DNA of 64,000 nt from the human T2T-CHM13v2.0 reference genome, Homo sapiens, in assembly GCF_009914755.1 (NCBI RefSeq), contig NC_060938.1. One strand, 5' to 3'. Every line of letters starts with the position of its first letter. Positions within the stretch are counted from its first letter, which is position 1. Under the pieces are notes generated by a model that was given only the letters and a program-made list of their open reading frames with translations, ran no database searches and was not told the DNA's origin. Shown piece by piece: positions 42,600 through 58,038 of the stretch. The translations under genes and the position numbers were made by a program.

Positions 42600-45500
42600 T
42601 AAATGTTCAAAAATCTGTAACACCGCAAGTATCCATCGACAGCACAAAAATAAATTGATGGTATATTTATACAATAGAATATTTGTTAGCAATACAAATT
42701 TTAAATTAGCAGCTATGGAATATAGCTATATATAGATATAGATATATAAATATAAATGAAATTTCTACATTGCACAAATAATATATATATTCAAATGTAC
42801 TATATAATAATTGTTCTCACAGTGCACTTATTTTTGTATTTATTCTCCTACCTGTGAATATTATTTCTGTTTCTTTCCTACTTTTCAAACACTTGGTATT
42901 TTCAGTCTTTTTAAATTATTGGTAGACTTCTTGTTATAAAGAGGGTGTTTCAGTTCGGATTCAATTTGCTTTCATTGATCATTATTTCAGTTGATATTTA
43001 TAATTATTTTGTTGAACAAAATATTTATTGAGCAAATTCTATATGTAAGATACAATTTTAGGTTTTGGGAAAATAGTGGTGAAAACATTGATAAAAATCT
43101 TTGCCCTGTGAAGCTTACATTCCATAAAATATATATTTTCTTATTTTCCTTGATAGGTAAGTATTTTGAATATATTCTGAATATTAATTGTTTTCAGAAA
43201 ATATTTTCTTAGGTCATTGATTTCATTTTTACTCAGTTTTGTTTATTATCTTGTATCTTTGGATACATGAAAATTCTTAACATTTTCAATTTCATCTACA
43301 TTTTCCTTTAGGGTTTGACCTTTTGGAGTTTTATTAAATAAATCCTTCTAAAATACTTCTCAGTGCTTTTCCATAAAGTTGATCAAAAGTCTAAATACTA
43401 CTGATTGATGTTTACCTTTCACTTCGGAGACTGAGCATATCATCTTCGGTCTGTTTATGGCCTCTGGTTTCTGTTCCATTGTCTTTGAATTTCTATGCCA
43501 ATATAATGTTCTCTTATCATTAAAGTAATCAAATTATCTGATAGTGTTAGCCACCATGACATATTTTTCTTCCATGGTGTCATACTATGGCTTTTTAAAG
43601 ACCATTGTTATCCTATTTAATAAATCTTAAATGTTTCACCAAAAAACTTGACTGTGATTGGAATTGCATTGAATCTAAAGATAAAAATGTAGAGAAATGA
43701 ATCTTAGTAATAGACATATCATAAAAGTATTGTTTCACTCTAAATATATAGATATTTTTTAATTTTTACATGTGATTGTATGTTTATTTTATTAGTCCTT
43801 AATTTGGTGTCATTTCATAAAGAGATGTTCTTGATTCCCATGTAATCCTATTATATTTTTCTATATGTCTAATGCCCTCTGTCTTGTTTAAGAAAATATT
43901 TCCTTTACATTGAGAAAATATTCTATGACTTTTTTACTTTTTAAAATGATGTTTCATGTATTTACATTTACAGGCTATCCGGAATTAATACTTGTGTATT
44001 TTGAGAAGTAGGGGTCAATTTCTGATTTTTTTTCCCAAGGATATCATAGTAACCTACTCAGACTTCATAGAGGGTTCTTTCTTTGCTCACAGCACAGCAG
44101 TAACATCAGTGTGAAAATCAGTATCTGAAGTTTCTGTTTGACTGGTCTATTTGTCAATTCTTGTACCAATATCACACTCTATAATTAATCTTCCTCTATA
44201 ATAGATATTAATTTCTGGTAGTACAAGTACTCTAGCTTTGTTGCTCTTCATCAAAATTGCCATTGGCATTTTTAGGCTTGGCATTTCCACAAAAACTTTC
44301 TAGCCAATTTGTCGATTTCCACAAGAGAACCAGCCAAGAATTTTTATTGGAATCAAAAATTTTGTTTGGCATACATTTATATTTGTACAATTTTGTTCTA
44401 CCAACCCATAACGTGATTTTTCCTTTTGCTTATGTATTTCTTCTTAAATATCTCCTCATAATAGGTGGATATTTTATATCAAAGGTTTTATATTTTTCAC
44501 CTATTTGAGATGATAGTGTTAACTGCTTTTGTTAATGTGATTTAAAAAAAATTCAGTTGGTTTGTTGCTGGTATTAAAAATACAATTAATTTTTGAATAG
44601 CAATCTGGTTTACAGTAGCTTAAAGATAATTTTGAATAGAAATAGTGATAAAAGGCATTTTTGTGTGTTTCTCAATCATAATAGGAATGTTTTCATAATT
44701 TCATCCTTAAAATGATGATAATGGCTTCTTTTAGATAACCTACAGATTGAATACATTACTTTTATTTCATAGTCTGTTAGATTTCAAAAATATGAATCCA
44801 TGCTGAATTTATTCAAATGCTTTTTAGCTTTTGTGATGATCATGCACTTTTTATTGTCTTAATGTGATGAATATATTTACTTATTAAAAAATTATATTAC
44901 AGGATATTGGAGTCTATTAGATAAATAGACATATGGATAGATAGAATATATTTATATGCCTTAAGTTTACAATGTTGTTTTAATGAAATAAATTGGAATA
45001 TTATTTTCCTTTCTTATAAGATTCTTGCCAATTTTTAGTATCAAGGGTTTTCTATACTCCTAAAATGATTTGGAAAATGGTTTCTCTTTTTTATTCTATA
45101 TAAGAGTTTGACTACAATTGATCTTTCATCATCAAATCTTTAAAATAATTCACAAGTGAAAATATATGTGGACCTGATTTTTTTTTTTGTGGGAAGATAT
45201 ATATACATATATGTATGTGTGTGTGTGTGTATATATATATATACACATATATATATATACACACATACATATATATTTACAATAGATTTAAGATAGATTT
45301 AAGGTACAAAATAATTTTAACATACTTTGATTTTATGTTTTTTTATGTCAGAATTAATCATTTGTTTTCAAAGAATTTGCATAGCTCAGCTATATGTTCA
45401 TTTATTTATTCATATATTTGTGGAAATGTAAATGAAAGTATATATTTATGACAATTTTTCTGAGTTGTTTTTGCCAGGAAGGCATGTTAAATATTACAAA

Positions 45501-45700
45501 ATTCCTTTTCAACATATATTATGGTGATGTTTTATTGTTCTCCTTGTATTACATCTCTTTGAATTTCTGTTCTACTTCTAGTCTGAATCATGATTTTTAT
45601 TATTTTTTAAATTTAGGGATTAAATTATATATGTATTTATCATATAAAATATTATGTTTTAAAGTATATATACATTTTGGATTGACTAAATCTAGCTAAT
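42600..45700 (-). mobile_element. Patchwork of very old L1ME fragments with a (TA/TG/CA)n tract at about 45197-45276
   Basis: Scattered antisense L1 motifs (GATTGGAATTGCATTGAATCTA, TTGAATAGAAATAGTGATAAAAGGCAT); boundaries approximate. Confidence 0.55.
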
Positions 45701-45728
45701 TAACATATGTATTATAACCATAGGAGAT

Positions 45729-47855
45729 TTTCTTAATCACTTTTTGCTACTATAACAAAATACCATAAACTGAGTGGCTGAAAAATGGCCTACGCCATTT
45801 ATTCTGAAGGCTCTAATGTCTATGATCAAAACACCAGTAATTTAGTTCCTGGTGAGGGCCTTCTTCATGGCTTGCCAATGGGAACCTTGATCATAAGTGG
45901 AGAGAAGGAGAAAGAGACAGAGAGAGAGAGAGAGAGAGAAAGAGAGATCTTATAAGGACACTAGTTCAATCATGGAGCTCCACCCTCAAGACTTCATCTA
46001 AATTAAATTATCCCCTAAGGGCGTCATTGCTAAACACTATCACGTTGAGGGTTAGGGCTTCGACATATGAGTGTTGGGGGAGGCACAATCAGCCCACAGC
46101 ATCAGCAACTGACACCCTTCCCTACATTACATCCATGTCCTGCTTACATGCAAAATATATTCATTTCATCCAAACAGGTCCAAAAGTCTTAACTAGATCC
46201 AGCATCATATCTAAAGTCTAAAGTGCAAAGTTTCATTAAAATATCATCTAAATCAGATAAGCTTAATTCTGAGACAAACTTTCTTTACAGCTGTGAGCCT
46301 GTGAAATTAAATAAGTCACGTGTTTCCCAAATACATTGGTGAGACAGGCATAGGACTGACATTCGCATTCTAAAGGAAAAAAAAAAAAATGGAAAGAAGA
46401 AAGAGATGATGGATTCCAATCAAATCCCAAACTTACTTAGGCAAATACTATTAGATCTAAAGGGCTTAAAAATAATTCTCTTTGGTTTTATGCCCTTTCT
46501 TCCGGACCACCTGGGGAGGTGCATCTGCCTTCTCAATTCATTAGGGTAGCATTTCCGCCTCCTAAGGTCTGCTGAGAGTAGATCACTTTCCCAAGACCCT
46601 GCACCCAAGGTTCCACACAGCTGTCACCTGAACTGTTGAAACTAAGGTGAACCCACCCCTTTCCTGGCTTTTCAAACTGAAAGAGAGCCCTGGTGATCTC
46701 TGAATAATCTTTGAGGTCATTCTTCCCTTGTCTTTAAGAATAACATATTCACAGTCAAATGGCTCTAGAACTCAGTCTTGTAGGATCTAAGAATTCCAAC
46801 AAACTTCCTTCATTTGGTCCCCTCTTTACCCTCTTCAGTTCAAACTGGCAGTATTACTGTGGAATGGCTGGGTAGATCTGTGGTAAACACCCATACTAAT
46901 CTTACATCCTTAGGGAGCTCTTAGAACAAGCTTTTTAGCTTTTTGCAATATGGATAGTCTGAACATTTTTCAAAATTTTAACTTCTTGTTTCTTTTTTCT
47001 TAACAATTCCTTGTTCAATTCATCCCTTGCATTTTACTATAAGCCATCAGATAGAAGTAAGCCAATCCTTCAACACTTTCTTAGGAATCTCCTTAGTTAA
47101 ATAATCAAATTTTACCACTTACCAGTTCTACTTTTCACAAAACACGAGAGCACAATTCAGCAAGTTCTTTGGCACTTTATAACAAGGATCACTTTCTTTT
47201 ATTGTCCAATAACATTTTCCTCATTTCTATCTGAGACCTTCACAGAATTGGCTGTACTGTCCACATTTCTATTAACATTCTATTGATAATTATTTATCTA
47301 TTATCTAAGAAGATAGATCCTTTCTCGACAGCTCTCTTCTTTTATCTATGAGCCCTCACCAGAACCAACCTTAATGTCCCTATTCCAGCGTGCACCTCAA
47401 AACTTCTCCAATCTCTACCCAAACCCAATTTCAAAGTCACTTCCACATGTTTAGAAGCAGCACCTACTCTTGTTACCAAAATCCATTTCACTCAGCTTGG
47501 GCTACTATAACAAAACACCATAGACTAGTTGGCTTAAACAAAAGGCATTTATTTCTCATAGCTCTGGAGGCTGAGAATTCCAAAATTAAGGTGCCAACAG
47601 GTTCACTTCCTGGAAAGAGCCCTCTCCTTGGCTTGCGGATGGCCACATTTTTACTATGTTTTCACACTGTCGAGAGAGCTAGGGACCTATGGTCTTTTTT
47701 CCTCTTATAAGGACACAAGTCTCATCATGGAGGCCCCACTCTTACGACTTCATCTAAACCTAATTATCTCCCAAAGCTTTCACCCCTAAGTAGCACCATT
47801 TTCATGAAAAGCAACATATGAATATTGCAGGTAAACAAACATTCAGTCCACAACA
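45729..47855 (-). mobile_element. Full-length MaLR provirus, MLT1A0-like: LTR (45729-46101), internal region, LTR (about 47485-47855)
   Basis: Two same-orientation LTRs share GCTACTATAACAAAA.ACCATA, CTTATAAGGACAC and GACTTCATCTAAA; the internal region ends CCTACTCTTGTTACCAAAATC (reverse complement of the PBS junction); degenerate TSD GAGAT/GAGGT. Confidence 0.85.
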
Positions 47856-50180
47856 GAGGTAAATATAACTTTATTTGGCATATGATGTATCTTAAATAAA
47901 AGTCTTATTATTCATAATTAACCTTACCGTAATTCTCTTTAGAAAAATAGGGTGAGTTATTTATATTCTTGAAAATGTAATGATTATAATAGAAAACACA
48001 TTTTTTCATATTCCCTGAACATATTTTAAAAGTGTATTCCTTATAGGAAGAAAAGTAGACAATAGAATATAATTAATCAGCCCAATTAATTGTTTTTATT
48101 ATTTGCATAATCAAAGGCTTAAAAAATTAAATTCTACATTACATTTTAACTTTGTGAATTTCTCTATTTCTAAATGTTTATTGCTTTAATTACTTCTTTG
48201 TCCTTCTAAAATGAGAGCAATAAAAAATAAATTATCAGACCAACAAAGAGCAAGGTAATTTGTCTTATCGGTTGAGCTATAATAAATAATAGAGGAAGCT
48301 TAACAAGCTGAAAGAAAACAACCCTAGATGGAAACAGAGAAAAGTAAGAAGAAAGTATCAGAAAGGAAAATAGTTTGGTAAACATGAAGACAACTTTTGA
48401 AAGAAGAAATAATGATATAATATTGCAATGTTTATAGGTATGTTGAAGCAAAATATATGACGACAATAGTAAATAAGGTGGGTGTAGTGTAAATAAGTTA
48501 AAATGTGAATGGTTCTTGCGTTGTTTTGAACATGTTCAAAATACTAATTTGAGGCTAAGGCAATTAATTTAAGAGAATAGAGTTTCAACAACTTCCTAAG
48601 TTGCTTAGCAGTTTCTAATGTGGTTTGATTCAGTTTACATGGATATGCAAATGTATCAAATTTATTTGCATTGCACACTGAAGACTTCTTGTATGTATTA
48701 TACCTCGCTTAAAATTTTAATAGCAAATGGAAGTATTTTATAATTATTATAAATATTTGTTATATTATGCAAGAGGAAAATCATAACAAACATTACAATA
48801 AATTTTATTTTTATTCTAAAAAAGATATATTTTACAATTAGGTGAAAAATAACTCAAATAGCTTGAGTAGAATAGAATTGTGTATGGCTATTAGGAATAA
48901 TCTTAGCCAAAGAGGAGAAACATTTATACAGTGAAAACTACAAACTATTCATGAAATAAATTAAAGAAGGAACAAATAGACATCTCATACTAATAGATTG
49001 AAATAATTAATATTGTAAAAATGTCAATTCTACTCAAAGAAATCTATAGATTTAACACAATCACTATCAAAATTCCAATGGCATATTTTACAGTAATAGA
49101 AAAATCAATTATAACATTCATATGAAACCAAAGAAGGCCCTAAAAAGCCAAAGCAATTTTGAGAAAGTACAAAAGTACAAAGCTGTAAGCATAATACTTC
49201 TTGATTTCAAATCATTTTATAAAATTGTTGTAATCAAAATAGTATGGTACTGGCATAAAACACACACATAGACCAATGGAACAGAATAGAGAGCCCAGAA
49301 ACACACCCATACATAAACAGTCAACTGATCTTCAATGAAAGTGCCAAAAATGACCCATGGAGAAGAATAGTCTCTTCAACAAATGGTACTATGATAACTG
49401 GCTAATCACAAACACGCAAATGAAGCTGGACCCTTAACTTACACTATACACAAAAAGCAACACATAGGGATTAAAGATTTAAATGTAAGACCCAGAACTG
49501 CAAAACTTCTAGAAGAAAACATAGTGGGAAAACTTCATGGCATTGGATTTGACATTATTTTCCTAGATATGACACCAAAATCATAAGCAACAAAAGCAAG
49601 ATTAATGAAGTGCGACTCCATCACATTATAAAAGGTTCTGTACAGAAAAGGAAAGAAGTGACAGTGAAAGAAACCTACAGAACAGGAGAAAATATTTGCA
49701 AATTATGTATCTGGTGAGGGATTAATATCCCAAATGTACAAGGAACTCCTTACAATTCGGTAACAAAAGGATAACAAAAACAAACAAGAAGAACTCCACA
49801 AATGCCTAAATTAAATAATGGGCAAAGGACTCCAACATTTTTTCCAAAGATGTTACACAACACATTTTTTTTCCCAAAGATGTTACACAATTGGCCAATA
49901 GATGTATAAAAATATGTAAAATAGCATTAATTTTTATGTACATTCAAATCAAAACTCAAAACTGTCCTTGTTTTTATGAAAAAGAAGAGATATTCCTTAC
50001 ACCTGTTAGTATGGCTATTATAAAAAAGACAAGTGGGGTGAGAATGTGGATTAATTAGAACACTTTTACAATGTTTGTGAAAATGGAAACTGATTCAGTC
50101 CCTATAGGATAGTATAATGTTTCCTCAGAAAAGTAAAAAAACTCTACCATAGGGTTTAACAATCCCACTTCTTAGCACAC

Positions 50181-50968
50181 TAATAATTCTTGACTTACGA
50201 TGGTTCCATTTACAATATTTTGACTTCACGATGAATGTGTTGGCACCTAACCCCATCATATATCAAGGAGCACCTGGACTTATGATAGTCAAACTTACAG
50301 TTTTTTACTGTACAATGGATTTATTGAGGCATGAAATATATTTTTGACACGATATTTTTGAATTAAGATGGTGTGATAGTTAATATTGAGTGTCAATTTG
50401 ATTGGATTCAAGGATGCAAAGTATTGTTCCTGGGTGTGTCTGTGAGGGTGTTGCCAAAGGAGATTAACATTTGAGTCAGTGGACTGAAAGAGGCAGACCC
50501 CCTCAATCTAGGTGGGCACCATCTAATTAGCTGCCAGTTCAGCCACAATAAAAGCAGGCAGAAGAACGTGGAAGAACTTGACTTGTTGAGCCTTCCAGCC
50601 TTCATCATTCTCCCGTGGTGGTTGCTTCCTGCCCTCAAACATCGGACTCCAAGTTCTTCAGCTTTTGGACTCTTTGATTTACAACAGTGGTTTGCCAGGG
50701 GATCTTGGGCCCTTGGTCACTGACAGAAGGCTGCACTGTCGGCTTCCCTACTTTTGAGGATTTGGGACTCAGACTGATTTCCTTGCTCCTCAGCTTGCAG
50801 ACGACCACAAGGTGAAGACGACCTCACCTTGTGATCATGTGAGTCAATACTCCTTAATAAAACCCCCTTCATGTAATCTATCCTATTAGTTCTGTCCCTC
50901 TAGAGAACCCTGACTAACACAGATGGGTTTCTTGGGACATAGCCCCATCATAAGTGATAGAGCACCTG
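50181..50968. mobile_element. MER47-family (Tigger5-derived) MITE split by MLT2A
   Basis: GACTTACGATGGTTC subrepeats; resumes after the LTR as GATGGGTTTCTTGGGACATAGCCCCATCATAAGT...GAGCACCTG. Confidence 0.8.
50372..50921 (+). mobile_element. MLT2A (HERV-L) solo LTR, 550 bp
   Basis: TGTGATAGTTAATATTGAGTGTCAA...CTAGAGAACCCTGACTAACACA; exact 5-bp TSD GATGG at 50367-50371 and 50922-50926. Confidence 0.95.
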
Positions 50969-52001
50969 TATAATCAAGATAATCAAAATTGGGATCTCAA
51001 AGATATATCTGCTCATTGGAGCTTTATTCACAATAACTAACATGTGAGAAAAACTTAAATGTCCATCCATTAGTGAATGGATAAAATGCATTATATATAC
51101 TACATCTGTATGTAGTATATGTAGATATATAGTATATCTATATACAGATATAATGTAATATATACATATAAATCTCTCTATATATATCAACGTGTATATA
51201 GAGATGTGCAGTATATAGGTATGCAATATATTTAAATGCAGTATATAGATATATAGTATATAAATATGTGGTATATAGATATAATTGAATATTATTTAAC
51301 CAAAAAAAGGAAACTCTGCTATATGTGGCAACATGGACGAACCTGGAGGATATTATGCTAAGTGAAATAAGCCAGTTACAGAAGGACAAATACTGCATGA
51401 TTCCACTTACTGTAAGGTATATAAAATATTCAAACTCATAGTAACAGAGAGTAGAATCATAGCTGTTAGAAGCTGTGAGGAGGCAGAAGCTTGGAGTTGC
51501 TGTTGAGCAGATAAAACGTTTTATTTATGCAAGATCAGTAAGTTCCAGAAATCTACTATACAATACTATGCCTATAGTTAACAATACTGTTTGAACACTT
51601 AAAATTTTGTTGAGTATTGATCTCAACAAATCTCCTAACAGATCTCATGTTAAGTGTTTTTATTGCAACAAAAAGTAAACTAAAAACACAAAACTAAATG
51701 TATTAACACTTGAAAATTATAACACAAATTTAAGCCTAAAGTTGTCTGCTAGTAAATACAAAATATTTTAAAATGATATGGCTGAAAATAAATGTTATTT
51801 CTATAAAAAACAAAAAAATGCACAGTCTCTGCACTAAAAACTGTGCAACATTATTGATAGTAATTAAGAAAAATCTAAATGCAGGAATGTACAATGTTTA
51901 TAAATTAGAAGACTCAATACTTGTATGCATGTCTCCTTTCATAATTGATCTAGAGAATCGAAGTAATACCAAGTAAAATCGCAGTGAAATTTTTCTATGG
52001 T

Positions 52002-52227
52002 AGGATGCATAGAGGGGCACAACAAACACTGGGGCCTTTCGGAAGCTGGAGGGTGGGAGGAGGAAGAGGGCCAGGAAAAGTAACTAATGGATACTAGGCT
52101 TAATACCTGGGTGATGAAATAATCTGCATAATAACACCCCATGACACATGTTTACTGATGTAACAAATGATGGTGCACATCCTGCACATGTACCCCCTTA
52201 GGCTTAAAATAAAAATTTTAAAAATAA
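52002..52227 (+). mobile_element. Short L1PA (PA12-16-like) 3' end
   Basis: CACTGGGGCCTTTCGG...TACTAGGCTTAATACCTGGGTGATGAAATAATCTG...CTGCACATGTACCCC plus A-tail. Confidence 0.85.
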
Positions 52228-52398
52228 ACTCTTCATGATAACATTTCTCAACAAATTAGGTATATAAAGTATGCACCTCAACATAATAAAAGTCATGTAT
52301 GCCAAACTCACAGCTAACATTACACGGAATGGGAAAAAGCTGAAAACTTTTCCTCTAATGTCAGAAACAAGATAAAGATTCCTACTTTCACCATTCCT

Positions 52399-54831
<2,433 letters not shown>

Positions 54832-56715
54832 CTATACAAAGAAGATATACAGAAATAAACATAACCAAGGAGGTGAAAGGTCTTTTAACTCAAAGCAGTA
54901 AAACTTTGAGAAAGAAATTGAAGAGGGCACAAATAAATGAAAAGATAACACATCTTTACAGACTGGAAGGATTACAATTATTAAAATGGCCCTATTACAC
55001 AAAGTTATTTACAGATTCAATGCAATCCCTACTAAAATACTAATAACATTATTCATAGAAATAGAAAAAGAAATTATAAAATTCACATGGAAAAACTGAC
55101 CCCAAATAGCCAAAGCTATATTGAGCAAAAGGAACGTGGCTGGGAGTATCATGCTACCTGACTTCAATATACTACAAAGCTGTAGTAACCAAAACAGCAT
55201 GGTGCTGGCATAAAAACAGATACATAGACCAATGAAACAGAATAGAAAGCCTAGAAATAAATTTGCGTACCTATATCCACATGATTTTTGACAAAGGTGC
55301 CAGGAACATATACCAGGAAAATGGGAGTCTCTTCAGTAAATGGGGCTAGGAAAATCTGATATCCATATGTCTGTCAAAGAAGGACACTAGGCCTCTAACT
55401 TTCACCATGTATCAAAATCAACTCAAAATATGTTAAATATTTAAATGTAAAACCTGAAACTATTAAACTACAAGAAAGCTGAGGAAATGCTTCAGGACAT
55501 TGGGCTGAGGAAAGATTTTAAAAATAATACCTCAAAAGCACAGGTTGCAAAAGCAAAAATAGACAAGATTTAAATCAAACTAAAAAGCTTTCACACAGCA
55601 AAGGAAACTATTAACACAGTGAATATACAAACTACAGAATTGGATAATATATTTGTAAACTACACATCTGACAAGTGATTAATATCCAGACTATATAAGG
55701 AATTGACTCAACAGAAAAAAATAAACCAATTAAAAATAAGCAATAGATTTTAACAGCCAGTATCAAATGAAGATTATAAATAGCCAACAGGTATATTTAA
55801 TAATGTTCAATATCTCTAGTCATCAGAGAAATGCAAATCAAAACCACAATGAGTTACCACCTTATTCTCTTTACGGCTATTACCAAAAAGACAAAATAAA
55901 ACAAGTGTTGGTAAGAATAAGGAGAAAGGGAATATTTACATACTACTGGTGGGATTCTAAACCAGCACAACCGTTTTGGAAATATGAAGGTTCTTCAAAA
56001 AATTAAAAGCAATTCTACCATGGGTATATATCTAGAGGAAGTAAAATAAGTATGTTGAATAGATATCTGCAGTCACATGTTTATTGCAGCACAACTTAGA
56101 ATAGCAAAGATAAAAATCAACCTAAGTGACCAACAATTAATGAATTAGTAAAAAATAAACGTATTGTGTGTATACACACACAAAAACACATACACACACA
56201 ATCAAACACACACACATATAATGGAATATTATTCAGTTATAAAAAAGAGGAAAATCCTGTCGTTTGTGACAAATAGATGAACTTGGAACTTGGAGAAATG
56301 TCTGTTAAATGAAATAAGCCAGGAACAGAAAGACAAATCCTGCATGATTTCACGCACGTGGGATCTAAATATATATCATAGAAGTAGAGAGTAGAACAGT
56401 GATTACCAGATACTGGAGACGGGAGTGGAGACGTAAGGATGGGGAGACGTTGGTCAGTGGGTACAGAGTTACAATTAGATAGAAGGAATAATTTCTCATA
56501 ATCTTTTGCACAGTAGGGTAACTATGGTTAACAGTAAAATATTCTTTATTACAAAATAGTTAGAAGAGGGGTTTTTAAATGTTTTTACCACAAAGAAATG
56601 ATACATGCATGAGGTGATGGATACAGTAACTACTCTAATTAGATTATTATACAACATAAATATGTGTCAAAATTTAAAACTGTACTTCATACATAAGTAC
56701 ATATACAATGTGTCA

Positions 56716-56949
<234 letters not shown>

Positions 56950-56999
56950 TTAAAAGTTTGCTCTCAGGCTGAAAAAAAAAAGAGAAATTCACCTCTAGA

Positions 57000-57425
57000 A
57001 TATGTACCAAACTTTGAAATTAGTAAGACAAAGACATCAATATAAAAAAATTGTCAAAAAGAATTTATCAGAAACCTCACAAAAAAAGAATATTCACTTG
57101 GCTAATCAACATATGAAAGTACGTTCTACTCTGTGAGATATCCTGAGAATACAAATTTAAACCACAATTAGATGTCTCCGCGCTTTTGCTGGAATGACTA
57201 ACTCATTTTTCAAAAGATAAATAATAACAAAACTGATGACGATCTGGAGCAACTTGAACTCTCATACAATGTTGATGGGAATGTAAATTGATATTATTAC
57301 ATTGGAAAATTCTTTGGTAATATATGTTTATCAATAGATGCATATACTCTGTCCTAGCAATTCTACTCTTAGATTCTCTATATACCTAAGGGAAATGAAT
57401 TACATATTTACCAATACACATATTT

Positions 57426-57469
<44 letters not shown>

Positions 57470-57695
57470 ATGTTAACAGAATACTATTTGTAATAGCCAT
57501 AAACTGGAATCAACCTAGTAGAAGTAAAATGTACTGACGATATAATATCATAGATTATTAAGAATCATATCACAGATTATTAATAAATCATGTAAATCCA
57601 GTAAAAAAAAAGGAAGATCTACTGATACATACAACACTTTGGACAAAAACATTATGCTAAGTGAGAGAAGCCAGACACAAAGGTCATGTATTATA
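57000..57695 (+). mobile_element. L1ME 3' fragment with (CA)n (about 57430-57467)
   Basis: GGAGCAACTTGAACTCTCATAC...CCTAGCAATTCTACTCTTAG...ATTATGCTAAGTGAGAGAAGCCAGACACAAA. Confidence 0.75.
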
Positions 57696-57696
57696 T

Positions 57697-57740
57697 CAAG
57701 CTTGTGCAAACCATAGCACATAGGCCACATGTGGCCCAGG
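57697..57740 (+). mobile_element. MER30 (hAT-Charlie) terminal fragment
   Basis: CAAGCTTGTGCAAACC...GGCCACATGTGGCCCAGG resembles the MER30 terminus. Confidence 0.55.
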
Positions 57741-57863
57741 TGATTTACCTGGAATCCATTTTTCTTCATAGCATCTCAATAAATTCATTTTATCAACTGT
57801 CTTAAATATACAACACTAAACTAAATCTACAAAAGTTAAATAATGTATCACAAATTACACAAT

Positions 57864-58038
57864 TAGGACTGATTCATAAGTGTGCAACCTGTGTGGTCAC
57901 ATGGGGCTTCATGCTGAAAAGGGCTCCACAAATGGTTACTGCTTTGCTGTTGTCATCTTGAAATTTTTAACAATATTTCAACAAGGGGCATTGCATGGTT
58001 ATTTTGCACTGTGTCTTACAAATTATGCAGCCAGTTTC
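57864..58038 (+). mobile_element. MER91A-like hAT MITE
   Basis: GTGTGCAACCTGTGTGGTCACA...GTCATCTTGAAATTTTTAA...AACAAGGGGC...TTTTGCACTG...CAAATTATGCAGCC. Confidence 0.75.

Larger units (their letters stand above)
48860..51680 (+). mobile_element. L1MA9-like ORF2 3' part and 3' UTR, interrupted by MER47 and MLT2A, with a TA-rich expansion (about 51090-51285)
   Basis: GTATGGTACTGGCATAAAA...GACCAATGGAACAGAATAGAGAGCCCAGAAA...ATGCTAAGTGAAATAAGCCAG...GATCTCATGTTAAGTG. Confidence 0.88.
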
